This document shows positions 36,986 through 46,811 of a stretch of DNA of 64,000 bases, in pieces. A model generated the notes under the pieces. The model did no database searches, was not told the DNA's origin, and worked only from the letters and a program-made list of their open reading frames with translations. The translations under genes were made by a program, and so were the position numbers. Every line of letters begins with the position of its first letter. Within the stretch, counting starts at the first letter, position 1. The stretch is from Candidatus Blackburnbacteria bacterium RIFCSPLOWO2_01_FULL_40_20 (GTDB lineage: Bacteria > Patescibacteriota > Microgenomatia > UBA8517 > UBA10165). The stretch is from contig MHCC01000001.1 in assembly GCA_001816475.1 (NCBI GenBank), forward strand, positions 12,622-76,621, in the 5' to 3' direction.

Positions 36986-39900
36986 ATGTCCAAAAGGGTA
37001 TTAGCCCTTGTTTTTTTGTTTTTGGCCTTTTTAGCTCTTTTTATTACCCCTTCAGAATCCAAAGCTGCAAGAAGTTCTTATTATGATTACGGACCTTATT
37101 ATGACCAAACCAAAGTATTAGGAATTTCGTTTTCTGCGCTCGAAAATTTGCCTGTACCGACTATTCCCGAGAATCTTGTTCCACAACAGGCTACCGGCAT
37201 TATGCCAGGTAATCCACTTTATTTTTTTGAGCAAGTAGCCGAAAACCTCCAAATAGCCTTCACATCCAATCCCCAAGCACGAGAAGAGCTTAGGTTAAAT
37301 TTTGCCGATGAAAGGCTTTCTGAAGCTAAAACATTGCTCGAACAAGGAAATACACAAGGAGCTCAAACAGCAATGGAGCACTATAAAGATAGTATGACGG
37401 GCGTTGCGCAAGGTCTTTTTGAATTGATCAACAACAACGACCCTGCCGCACAAAGTTTAACCGAGAAAGTTGAAGATGCAGCCAGTACACACACAATTGT
37501 TGCCCAAAATCTAAGTTTAAGCTCATCCCCCGTCCAAGCAGAAATCTGGACATACGCAGCGCAAGCTGGCAAGTCGGCTCTTGATCAAATCGCCGATGCT
37601 CAAAATGTACCTGCCATGCCAGAGGGACTATCAGTGAGCATTCAAAACTTGCGAAAACAGGGTATTTTGTCGGAAGAAGAAAGCAATAAGCTTTACAGCC
37701 TTGATAGCCGAAGCCAGCTTCGAGAAGAGCTGGACAAACTTACATCCTCCGGTATGTTTCCTCCGGGCGAGCTTGCAAAACTTGATGAAACTATTGCCAA
37801 TCGCTATCCGGAAATTCACAGACAACAAACAGCAAACCTTGAAGTGATGGAGTTAAGAACTTACCAAACGCTCCCTCAACCATCTGAGGAAATATTGGAA
37901 AAAATCTCAAATTGGCAAAAAGATCCGGGCACCCCCCCATCAAGCGACATAAGACAATATTTGTGGTATGATCGCGCTCAGGATTTAGCTGGCAAAGTAG
38001 ATTTATCAAATTATTCTACAGACCAACAAGAAGATCTGGTTCGTTCCTGGCAAACAGCAAAAGAGAATCCAACATATTCACCTGCTCCATCTCCTACACC
38101 AACATCATCTCCTACACCAACATCATCTCCTACACCAACATCATCTCCTACACCAGCACCATCTCCATCACCCGAACCGTCAACACCGGACGAAACTCCA
38201 CCTTCTCCTGAGCCCTCATCCCAACCATCGCCCAGTCCAATACCCTATATAGATAGTACAAACGTCACCCTGCCAGGTACCACCCAGTATTTTTTCAATA
38301 ATTTGGGAGAGCAAATATCGTATACATTCACATTTGATGCTGTTGAGCGCTCCAAACAAAAAATGAATCAGGCCGAACGCCGTTTGGCTGAGGCAAAAGC
38401 ACTCGCTGGCGATCCAACAAAAGAATCTCTTTACCTATCCACTTTAAAACAATACCAGCAAGCGATGACTGACGCGTCTGCGCTTCTTAAAGACACTGAT
38501 GGGCAATTTGCCAGTCGAGATGCAGCTGAAAGACTTGAGGCTCAAGCTGCGCGGCACGGCGTTGCACTTGAAAAAGGATACTTGCCAACTCCCGCTGCCG
38601 ACACACAAATTATCGGCGAAGCAATCCAGGCTGTTGAAACCGCCATGGACAGAAGCGCTGATGCTCTTGGCCGCCCCGCACTACCTCCAACGCTTGCCAA
38701 CCGTTTGGACGATCTTAAGGCCCAGGGGTTAATCCTGCCTGAAGAGGCAGAAAAGATTGTCAACTCTGCCTCACGTGAGGAAGCCCGCGACAAGATAAGA
38801 GAACTTGTTGAGATTGGGACCTTCCCTCTGGCTGATGCTAAAAAAATGGACGAGGCTCAAATATTAACCTCACCAACAGAATACAATCAATTAGTTGAAA
38901 TAAGGAAAGTTGAAGAATTTCAAAGATTAAGAGCCGCTCAATCTGAATTTGCCCAAACCCAAACACTAAGAAACACAGCGTCAGTCTTAAGCCAGCAAGA
39001 GGCAGCGCTATTTAATAGTATTGACCCATCCTTGTTAAAACCTGAAGATTTTGGAGGAAGAGAAGATTTAGTCAAGGCATACGAAACACTTATTGCAACC
39101 GCTCGTCCAATTAATAGCGGCCAATTCGGACCAGACATCACGCCAGGTGCAACACCATCTCCTTCTCCTTCCACAACCCCGACGCGACAAGACGCGGTTT
39201 TGACAACTTGTCCGGCTGGCGCTATTTTCAAACAGTTTGAAGGTTGTGTTTGGGAAGACAACGGTAAAGCTATTAACGATTATGAACAATACAAATGCGA
39301 ATCAAGACAATATTACTCCTTCGCAGCCAGAACGTGCGTATCTTACGAACCAGGTACAGGATTTAAAGATGACGCGCAACCTATCTGTCCTATTGGCTAC
39401 GCATGGGAATGGCAAAATCAAAGTTGTCAAAAGGGAACAGGCGGAATTATTTTACCCACGCCCATTCCCCAACCGGAGCCAATTGACAAAGAGGAAGAAG
39501 AAAAAAGGTCCAAATCCTGTCCTCAGGGCGCAACATATAAAGCCCCTGATGGATGTGTATGGGACGAGACAGACAGGCCGATTTACGACTCAAGACAATA
39601 CCGCTGTAGTGCAAGTGGTCAATATTATTCCTTCGAACAACTTAAGTGTGTGCCTGCGCCCAGCGAAGGAGAAGTGTATCCGAAGGATTCTGCCCCATCT
39701 TGTAAAGAAGAGGGGTCTTATTGGAGTTGGTCTGATGGAAAATGTATATCTTTGGCAGCACCTGACGAATCTGTCGAAAAAGGAGGCCAAGCAACCAACA
39801 TTGGCGACCCTCGTCCATACCTTGTTCCCCCCGACAGTCCGTTTTATTTCGTAAAGCAATTTGGTGAAACTATACAAACTGCTACTGCGTTTACACCCGA

Positions 39901-42367
39901 GGCGCGAGAACAAGTTAGGATATCGCAGGCCGATGAAAGACTCACCGAGGGCTATTATTCACTAAAGCACGGCAATACAAAAGATTTTGAAAAATCACTT
40001 TCTACCTATACAACTACAATGCAGAATGTTTTTAATGACTTGGCTGCGTCGGAATATTCTCCCCAAGTAAAACAGGCAATTGCAGAAAGATTAGGAAAAG
40101 AAGCTCCGGAACAAAACCTGCTTTTGCAAAAAGCTGAAGCATTGGCAGAAGATGAACAGGCAACAGCTATCTCAGCTGCAGTCTCGTCGACAATCTTGGC
40201 CTCAGATAAGGCAGCCGATCTGGCAGGCAAACCGCCAATCCCCGATGAAATTAAAACCAAGATCGAAAACTTACCTGAAACGGTACTCAGTCAAGAAGAT
40301 AAAAATAAACTTTTAGAAATCGATTCAAGGGTTGATGCCAGACTCAAACTAGGCGGACTTGCATCAACCGGTATATTAAGTACCCAGGACACATCTTTCC
40401 TGAATGAAGATTTTGAATCAGTCGATAAAGACGCCAAGATCAAAGTTGATGAACTTAAAAAATTAGAGCAAATTGCCAAAATTACGGAACAAAAGAACGA
40501 AGTTGTAGAAAAAGCTCAAAAGAATGAAAACATTGTAAATAAACTTACAGAATTTCAAAATACGTTCGAGCCGGGCCAGGAAGTCCCTGCTGAAATACGT
40601 CCATATGTGCGCCTTACACGAATTGAAGAGATCGGTCAAACAATAAGGCCTGATGTTGTTCGCGTGGAAGATTTCCAAAACCGGAAAGATGTTGTTTTGG
40701 CTGTTGCAGCGCTGCAGGATGAGTTCAGACCGACAAAAGAATCAATAAAGCAAGTTGCGGACTTTCGACGAAGAAATCCTGATAAATCCCTTCCGCCGGA
40801 GCTTGCAAGAATTGAGGCGCTCTCTTACGGCTTAGGTACAAGAGAACAAGCAGGTCAATGCTTCCTGCCTCCTCCATTCCCTGCAAATACCCCGTGTCCT
40901 GCTCCCGGGTCAACTGTTGCTGTAGCATCTTATTGGGGAGGTCAATGGTCAAGTCCTGCAGCTCCCGTTCAACCTGTTGCGTCCACAGACAAAGACGGCA
41001 AGCCTCTTGTTTACGGACAAGGTCCGCAGGCTGTAAGCTCTGGTTCCTGTCCGAGTGGTTATCATTGGATGTATGACTCAGGCGGCTGGTGTATGGCCAA
41101 CAGTGGTAGCTACGGCTATTCTTCCAATTATAATTCACCTTCTTCCACCTACACGACCGCCTCTTATCCTATCGGGACCGCAACCAGCGAAACACCTCCT
41201 GCGGAAGGTTACAATTGTGGCAGCCAACCTTACGACCCGGCCACCAAAAAATGTAAGGATGGAGCCTGTCCTGGAGGGTTTGAGTGGGATGGATCAAAAT
41301 GCGTAGCAAGAGGTTATTCTGGGCCAACATATCAAAGCAGCCCTTACTACTCACCCAACCTAACCCAATCCAGTTGTGGTCCCGGATATTATTGGGACGG
41401 CAAGGGTTGTATACCCAATTATAGTGGCGGTGGAAGTTATCCAGGTACCTCAAATTATTATTCTGGGGCTGCTGTCAACTGCGGTAGTGGATATTGGTGG
41501 AACGGCAACAGTTGTCAACCCTCATCCGGGCCAGGATCGTCGTGTAGTTATCCCTCCGGAGGATGCCCAGGCAACGGAGCGTGGTATGATTATTCCAGCT
41601 GCAGTTGTAAAACAACCAGCTATCCCTCTGGCTATTCCGGTCCAACAATCCAAAGCAGCCCCTATTACTCACCCAGTTCGTACGAACGTGGTTGTGCACC
41701 AGGCAACTACTGGGACGGCCGCAAGTGTGTGGCAGGAAGCTATGAAGGTCCTGGTTGGTCAGACACTACAGCCAGAGGCTGTACGCAGCAAAGCTGTGGT
41801 AGCAACCAGTGGTTTGACTGGGGAACTTGTTCCTGCAGACCCAATGGAAACACTTACACTCCTCCAACTTACAGTGGCGGTGGTGGCGGGACATCTAGTG
41901 GATCCTGCCCCTCAGGATCTCATTGGATGTCAGATAATGGTGGATACTGCATGTCAGATGCAGACAGATCGTCCTCATCGGGAGGATCCTCAAGTGGATC
42001 TTCTGGTGGATCACCTTCAGGGTCTTGTCCCTCAGGATCCCACTGGATGTCAGATAATGGTGGATACTGTATGTCAGACGGAGGTAGCTCGTCATCGGGT
42101 GGATCTTACACCCCACCTTCAACATCGACTTCCGGAAGTACCGGTTCTTATACCGCGCCTACTGAACCAGCTCCAGCTGCTCCAGCTCCTGCACCCGCTC
42201 CACCTCCAAGTGAGCCTGCACCAGCGCCACCTCCAAGTGAACCAGCTCCAGCTGCTCCAGCTCCTGCACCAGTTAGCGAACCAGCTCCTGCACCAGTCCA
42301 AGGAGCAAGCACTGAGAAAAATATACTGCAATTTATATTAGATATCCTCTTGGGTAAACTACGATAA
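36986..42367 (+). CDS. Giant secreted/surface protein: three DUF5667-like modules, Cys-rich repeats, Pro/Ser linkers
   Basis: Signal peptide; PG.PLYF..E...FT...A.ERL.E three times; many CPxGxxW...C repeats; TTGACA promoter at 36951. Confidence 0.9.
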   Translation: MSKRVLALVFLFLAFLALFITPSESKAARSSYYDYGPYYDQTKVLGISFSALENLPVPTIPENLVPQQATGIMPGNPLYFFEQVAENLQIAFTSNPQAREELRLNFADERLSEAKTLLEQGNTQGAQTAMEHYKDSMTGVAQGLFELINNNDPAAQSLTEKVEDAASTHTIVAQNLSLSSSPVQAEIWTYAAQAGKSALDQIADAQNVPAMPEGLSVSIQNLRKQGILSEEESNKLYSLDSRSQLREELDKLTSSGMFPPGELAKLDETIANRYPEIHRQQTANLEVMELRTYQTLPQPSEEILEKISNWQKDPGTPPSSDIRQYLWYDRAQDLAGKVDLSNYSTDQQEDLVRSWQTAKENPTYSPAPSPTPTSSPTPTSSPTPTSSPTPAPSPSPEPSTPDETPPSPEPSSQPSPSPIPYIDSTNVTLPGTTQYFFNNLGEQISYTFTFDAVERSKQKMNQAERRLAEAKALAGDPTKESLYLSTLKQYQQAMTDASALLKDTDGQFASRDAAERLEAQAARHGVALEKGYLPTPAADTQIIGEAIQAVETAMDRSADALGRPALPPTLANRLDDLKAQGLILPEEAEKIVNSASREEARDKIRELVEIGTFPLADAKKMDEAQILTSPTEYNQLVEIRKVEEFQRLRAAQSEFAQTQTLRNTASVLSQQEAALFNSIDPSLLKPEDFGGREDLVKAYETLIATARPINSGQFGPDITPGATPSPSPSTTPTRQDAVLTTCPAGAIFKQFEGCVWEDNGKAINDYEQYKCESRQYYSFAARTCVSYEPGTGFKDDAQPICPIGYAWEWQNQSCQKGTGGIILPTPIPQPEPIDKEEEEKRSKSCPQGATYKAPDGCVWDETDRPIYDSRQYRCSASGQYYSFEQLKCVPAPSEGEVYPKDSAPSCKEEGSYWSWSDGKCISLAAPDESVEKGGQATNIGDPRPYLVPPDSPFYFVKQFGETIQTATAFTPEAREQVRISQADERLTEGYYSLKHGNTKDFEKSLSTYTTTMQNVFNDLAASEYSPQVKQAIAERLGKEAPEQNLLLQKAEALAEDEQATAISAAVSSTILASDKAADLAGKPPIPDEIKTKIENLPETVLSQEDKNKLLEIDSRVDARLKLGGLASTGILSTQDTSFLNEDFESVDKDAKIKVDELKKLEQIAKITEQKNEVVEKAQKNENIVNKLTEFQNTFEPGQEVPAEIRPYVRLTRIEEIGQTIRPDVVRVEDFQNRKDVVLAVAALQDEFRPTKESIKQVADFRRRNPDKSLPPELARIEALSYGLGTREQAGQCFLPPPFPANTPCPAPGSTVAVASYWGGQWSSPAAPVQPVASTDKDGKPLVYGQGPQAVSSGSCPSGYHWMYDSGGWCMANSGSYGYSSNYNSPSSTYTTASYPIGTATSETPPAEGYNCGSQPYDPATKKCKDGACPGGFEWDGSKCVARGYSGPTYQSSPYYSPNLTQSSCGPGYYWDGKGCIPNYSGGGSYPGTSNYYSGAAVNCGSGYWWNGNSCQPSSGPGSSCSYPSGGCPGNGAWYDYSSCSCKTTSYPSGYSGPTIQSSPYYSPSSYERGCAPGNYWDGRKCVAGSYEGPGWSDTTARGCTQQSCGSNQWFDWGTCSCRPNGNTYTPPTYSGGGGGTSSGSCPSGSHWMSDNGGYCMSDADRSSSSGGSSSGSSGGSPSGSCPSGSHWMSDNGGYCMSDGGSSSSGGSYTPPSTSTSGSTGSYTAPTEPAPAAPAPAPAPPPSEPAPAPPPSEPAPAAPAPAPVSEPAPAPVQGASTEKNILQFILDILLGKLR

Positions 42368-42400
42368 CGTTCTCTCTAGAAATGCTTGCACTGAGTCCTA

Positions 42401-42814
42401 TTGAAGTGTAATAATCAAAGTGTGTTGAAGATCTTTGTTGCAATCACAACAAGCCTTGCGTTGCTGCTTTTGGTTGCGTCACCCTCACTTGCAGCACCAT
42501 TAAAATCAAAATCCCCTTCAGTCTCTGCATCAGTTGCTAAAAATAGACGCTCAATGTCGGCAAGTTTCCTAAACATTAAAAACGTCAAGAAAATTTCTTA
42601 CCAGTTAACATACGACTCAAACAAAGGTCCACAGGGCGCTGGAGGAACTATAAATGTGCCTAAAAACAAGAACTCACTTTCTCGCACACTTCTTTTTGGA
42701 ACTTGTTCAAAGAATGTTTGTACCTACCACAAAAACCTCAAAAATATAAAACTTTCAGCAGACTTCACCCTCAAATCTGGAGGAGTTATTTCATACGAGA
42801 AGAAGTTGAAATAG
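42401..42814 (+). CDS. Secreted basic hypothetical protein
   Basis: Signal peptide; YQLTY...QGAGG...LFGTCS.NVCTYH. Confidence 0.8.
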   Translation: MKCNNQSVLKIFVAITTSLALLLLVASPSLAAPLKSKSPSVSASVAKNRRSMSASFLNIKNVKKISYQLTYDSNKGPQGAGGTINVPKNKNSLSRTLLFGTCSKNVCTYHKNLKNIKLSADFTLKSGGVISYEKKLK

Positions 42815-42898
42815 TTAATAACTTGCTACCTTGCTACCTTGTTAACTTGTTAACATATTGTTGACACCAACAAAGTAACAAGCTAACTAGGTAACCAA

Positions 42899-44416
42899 TT
42901 ACATTATCGTTCTCTTCTCCACTCTCACTCCACCAACCTCAGCTTCCTCTACTAGCGTTGTGTCTTTACTCGCCTTCTCATACCACTTATCAAACTTTTC
43001 GGGGTCTCCACCGGGTTCAATAACTAAAAATATAATCTTCCCGCATCCAATTTGCGGCTTTGCGTAAAACGCCGATGATGGAACATAAGTATCCTTTAAA
43101 AATCCCGGCTCGATTGTATATTCACAAGGAACAAAACCATATTTATTCTTTCCTTGCCACCAAAAAAGATATTGCCAATTGTAGTCATAAACATGTGGTG
43201 TATAAACATAAACGTCAAACCCGTTCCCCTCATTTTTTGAGTAGACATAGTCAACGACCGACATTTCGTTTTTTAATACGCTTACATCGTTTGAGGGTTG
43301 AAGATATTGCAGGTATCGCGGGACAAAAACTAAAAGTTGGGAAATGATCACGCCACCCCATACGATAGCTGCCGCCTTCTTCGAAATTTTGGCCAACATT
43401 AACAAAAAGGAGACAAACAAGAGTGGATAAAGATAAACTGTGTGCCAATCACGCCAGGCGCTATTTAATGAAAATAGTAAATAGGAAATAATAAATAACA
43501 CAATAACAAGCGATACAAACTTCCCTGCAAATTTGTCTTTAAATCCTCCGTTTTTCGCAAACAGATAAAAAATAAACACAAAAACAAGGATGCTTATTAA
43601 CAAGCTTTGTGGAACTAAACTTATTGAAAAGATCTCCCCAAAGCGTGCACCCATCTCGCCAAAGGTAGTACTTGAGAAAAATCCCCTGCCCCCAGTTTGG
43701 GCAAAAATAAATTTGCTTTGAACAAACTCCACAAACAATCTCAAGGTAAGCGGCAAAAGCAAAATTGTGGGCAACACTACATCCAGTCCAAGCAAGAACT
43801 TAAGCGCTATTTTCTTTTTGATAACTTGATGCAAGCCAACTAAAAAATGAAAAACAAAGAGTGCGACGCTTCCGGCAATTTCTGTGTTAAACCCTAAGGC
43901 AATTGGAATTAAAGCGTAAACAAAGCTTCTCTTTTTGCCTTGCAAAAAATTAACCAAGAGAAAAACAAACCAAAAAGAAAGAAAAACTAACGGAAAAGGA
44001 TTAAATGCCCAACGGGATGTATCGTAAAAAAACCAATAAAATTGCAAGCTTGTACCAATAAACAAAGCAACATATGGCGACACCCTACTTTTCAATTGCC
44101 ACATTATAAAAGCTGTTGTGGCAACACCAAGAAGGATGGTGACAAACAACGCGCCATACGGATGTCCGTTAAAAAGTTTGTATCCGACGCCGATAAAGTA
44201 ATACCACCCAGGGCCTGCATAAAGCCCGGCAATCCCCGTCTCTGGACCTTTGACAGGTAGTTGTCCCCTCTCGGTTAATTCGCGGACGTGGACCGCGTCA
44301 TTCCCTTGATCCATCGTAAAGAAAAAATTATTGTTTTGAGGAGGGATAACCCGAATCAAAAATGCAAAAACTAAAATTGAAAAGAATAAAACCCAATACG
44401 GCTTGCTCTTCATCAA
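42899..44416 (-). CDS. GT-C (ArnT/PMT-like) membrane glycosyltransferase
   Basis: FTMDQGND, GP....GLYAGPGWYY, many TM helices. Confidence 0.8.
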   Translation of the reverse strand: MMKSKPYWVLFFSILVFAFLIRVIPPQNNNFFFTMDQGNDAVHVRELTERGQLPVKGPETGIAGLYAGPGWYYFIGVGYKLFNGHPYGALFVTILLGVATTAFIMWQLKSRVSPYVALFIGTSLQFYWFFYDTSRWAFNPFPLVFLSFWFVFLLVNFLQGKKRSFVYALIPIALGFNTEIAGSVALFVFHFLVGLHQVIKKKIALKFLLGLDVVLPTILLLPLTLRLFVEFVQSKFIFAQTGGRGFFSSTTFGEMGARFGEIFSISLVPQSLLISILVFVFIFYLFAKNGGFKDKFAGKFVSLVIVLFIISYLLFSLNSAWRDWHTVYLYPLLFVSFLLMLAKISKKAAAIVWGGVIISQLLVFVPRYLQYLQPSNDVSVLKNEMSVVDYVYSKNEGNGFDVYVYTPHVYDYNWQYLFWWQGKNKYGFVPCEYTIEPGFLKDTYVPSSAFYAKPQIGCGKIIFLVIEPGGDPEKFDKWYEKASKDTTLVEEAEVGGVRVEKRTIM

Positions 44417-44495
44417 AACAAGATTACCACATCAGTCTAAGCGAATATAGATTTTTGACCTCCCAAATGATAAAATTGATCCTGTTCTTTAATAT

Positions 44496-44846
44496 TCCCC
44501 GGTAGCTCAGTGGTAGAGCGGAGAGCTGTGTTAGCAGCCTTCGAAGGAAACTTCGGAGTGAAAAGTGGGTGAATTCAGGGAACGGTCCGACTTTGTTGGA
44601 TTAATCCTGAGCCAATCCTCCATTAATAGTTAGGCATGTTTGCCGAATCTTTTAATGAAGGCAGGTGCAGAGACTAGGTGATTACACCAATTAGCGCCCA
44701 CCACCCCACCCTACGCCCAGTATTAAAAATACAGGGCTTCGGAGCGGCAAGTAAAAACTTGTCCTTCCGCAGCTTAGGCGGAGAAGGGTGATGAGATAGT
44801 CCAAAAAGTAACTCTAAGGTCGTAGGTCCGAATCCTACCCGGGGAG
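44496..44846 (+). tRNA. tRNA-Asn(GTT) with a group I intron inside the anticodon (35/36)
   Basis: TCCCCGG TA GCTC AGTGGTA GAGC G GAGAG CT GT|T AA CTCTA AGGTC GTAGG TCCGAAT CCTAC CCGGGGA G. Confidence 0.9.
44530..44808 (+). mobile_element. ORF-less group I intron lacking P9
   Basis: P1 GCTGT/GCAGC with U-G; TTCAGGGAA...AATCCTGAGC (P4); GCAGAGACTA (R); GAGATAGTCC (S) followed only by AAAAAG. Confidence 0.92.
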
Positions 44847-44893
44847 CACGAAAAATTAGGCCTCATTTTTGAGGCTTTATTTTTTATTCTTGA

Positions 44894-45521
44894 TAGGATG
44901 AGGAGTTTACTCTGAGCGAGCGAACCCATTAAATTGCACTCGGGTTTGTCCTGAGCATGTCGAAGAACGAAGCGAGTCGAACGAGAATCCTACCCGGGGA
45001 GCCGACAAATCTAATACTACTTAGGAGCCTTGCCGTATTTAAGAACAAAAATAATTAATATAATGGAAAAAATCCAACTAACTATTTCAACTGGTATAGA
45101 GTCAAATCCGTACGTTTTAGATAAGTAAACCAGTAATAAAAATACCGCAACAGTAAAGACTAAAATAACTACACCTAGTTTCTTATCAAAAGTAGGAAAA
45201 AAGAAAGGAACTGATCTCTCAAGCTTAGAAAATAGCTTATTCCCCAAAAGTAAATACTTTATTAGAAGAATGGTGATAAAGATAATTCCAAGAATTAACA
45301 GAAACAACTGGATAAACATAATTTGATTATAGCAAACTGTCCACATCCCTTGTGCAATAGGATTGAATTATAGAAATTCCGCTTTTCTAAGACTTAATTA
45401 CTGTTCTTTGACGAGATGGGTTTACCTCTTCAAGCCTGATCCGATTCGGTCTGAGCCTCACAGTCGAAGACCTCAAAACCAAAGGCATGAGCGAAGCCGA
45501 AGGAAATCCTACCCGGGGAGC
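44894..45521 (+). repeat. Two extra copies of the tRNA-Asn 3' end (44985-45002 and 45505-45521) with expanded T-loops
   Basis: AATCCTACCCGGGGAGC occurs three times; each extra copy has an upstream TAGGAT partner (44894, 45358). Confidence 0.9.
45017..45319 (-). CDS. AT-rich three-TM hypothetical protein between the tRNA-end repeats
   Basis: Hydrophobic 100-aa ORF. Confidence 0.6.
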   Translation of the reverse strand: MFIQLFLLILGIIFITILLIKYLLLGNKLFSKLERSVPFFFPTFDKKLGVVILVFTVAVFLLLVYLSKTYGFDSIPVEIVSWIFSIILIIFVLKYGKAPK

Positions 45522-45541
45522 AAATTTAGTATAATCAACAT

Positions 45542-45847
45542 ATGTCTAAGAATCCTATTATCAATGCCCTTGGCGCGTCAGCTTACATAATCCTCATCGT
45601 CTCTGTTATGACCTTCGTGACACAACCTTTAAGGAACAAACCTGATACCTTTTTCGCCCCAATCACAGCATTATTTGTGCTCACTCTCTCTGTTACAGTA
45701 ATGGCATTCCTGTTTTTTTACCAACCCCTTCAGTTTTTTGTTGAAGGAAAGAAAAAAGAAGCGGTTAATTTGTTTGTTAAAACTGTGGGCACATTCGCAG
45801 TTATTACAGTTGTGGTTTTAATTCTGCTTTTTTCTGGTCTAATTTAG
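45542..45847 (+). CDS. Three-TM hypothetical protein
   Basis: NALGASAYI...LFVLTLSV...FFYQP. Confidence 0.75.
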   Translation: MSKNPIINALGASAYIILIVSVMTFVTQPLRNKPDTFFAPITALFVLTLSVTVMAFLFFYQPLQFFVEGKKKEAVNLFVKTVGTFAVITVVVLILLFSGLI

Positions 45848-45929
45848 TGTTAAAACAGTTTCTAAGACTCAACTCTCCAACTCCAAATTTTTAAAACACA
45901 ATCCCCTTCGTAATAAATTCCAGTATAAT

Positions 45930-46799
45930 TTGTACATGTTCTCAAAAATGCATAAGGGCACTATTGTTTTATCTCATTTTCAAGTAGCCTCTTTGTTGCA
46001 GTCCCAAAAAGAAGCAACTGTTTCAATATCTTTGGATTTAGGTTTAACTACAAGCAGGGTTCAGGTGGAGAATAGTGGAATTATCTTGCCTGATGGCCAA
46101 AGAATTAGTTGGAAGGATTTAGGAAAAATTTCCAAACATAAAAATAGATGTTACCTGGTTGAAAATAATACGGTTAGCCCGATTGTTGTCTATTCCGAGA
46201 AGACTGGCTGGGTTCGTACTCTTTACCCAACAAGTAGCGCTCCAACAACTTTAATTTCAGGAATACTAATGCACAGGATTAAAGATGTGGATCCAACAGA
46301 AGATACAGTAAGAAAAATTGGGACTCTTGGTTCTTTAAAAGGAGCTGTAGTTTTGGATACTGCCACAGGCTTGGGCTACACTGCAATTGAGGCTTCAAAA
46401 CAAGCAAACAAGGTTGTAACAGTAGAACTTGATCCTACAGCACTGGAGATTGCTCAACTTAATCCTTGGTCACAAAAACTTTTTAACAATCCTAAAATTA
46501 TTCAAATTGTTGGAGATATAGGAAAAGAAGTTAAAAAGTTTAAAAATGAGGATTTTACCCATATTGTCCATGACCCACCCACTTCAAGAATCACAGGAGA
46601 GCTTTATTCGGGAAATCTTTACAAAGAATTTTACAGAATATTAAAAAGTGGTGGAAAAATGTTCCATTATATAGGTGATCCCAACAGTGAACATGGTGCC
46701 CAAGTTACACCTGGTGTGATAAGAAGACTTCAAGAAGCAGGATTCCGCGATATTGAGAAAAGACCTGAAGCGTTTGGAGTAGTGGCTGTCAAATTTTGA
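45930..46799 (+). CDS. SAM-dependent methyltransferase
   Basis: VLDTATGLGYTA, TVELD, HDPP. Confidence 0.88.
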   Translation: MYMFSKMHKGTIVLSHFQVASLLQSQKEATVSISLDLGLTTSRVQVENSGIILPDGQRISWKDLGKISKHKNRCYLVENNTVSPIVVYSEKTGWVRTLYPTSSAPTTLISGILMHRIKDVDPTEDTVRKIGTLGSLKGAVVLDTATGLGYTAIEASKQANKVVTVELDPTALEIAQLNPWSQKLFNNPKIIQIVGDIGKEVKKFKNEDFTHIVHDPPTSRITGELYSGNLYKEFYRILKSGGKMFHYIGDPNSEHGAQVTPGVIRRLQEAGFRDIEKRPEAFGVVAVKF

Positions 46800-46811
46800 T
46801 ATACTGTCCTC

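Noticed and set aside
41893-42080. Duplicated 60-bp segments as a diversity-generating retroelement TR/VR pair
   Set aside because: The differences are synonymous and not adenine-specific, and there is no reverse transcriptase in the window
41376-42341. 321-aa alternative-frame ORF
   Set aside because: Off-frame read of the low-complexity C-terminus of the 1793-aa gene
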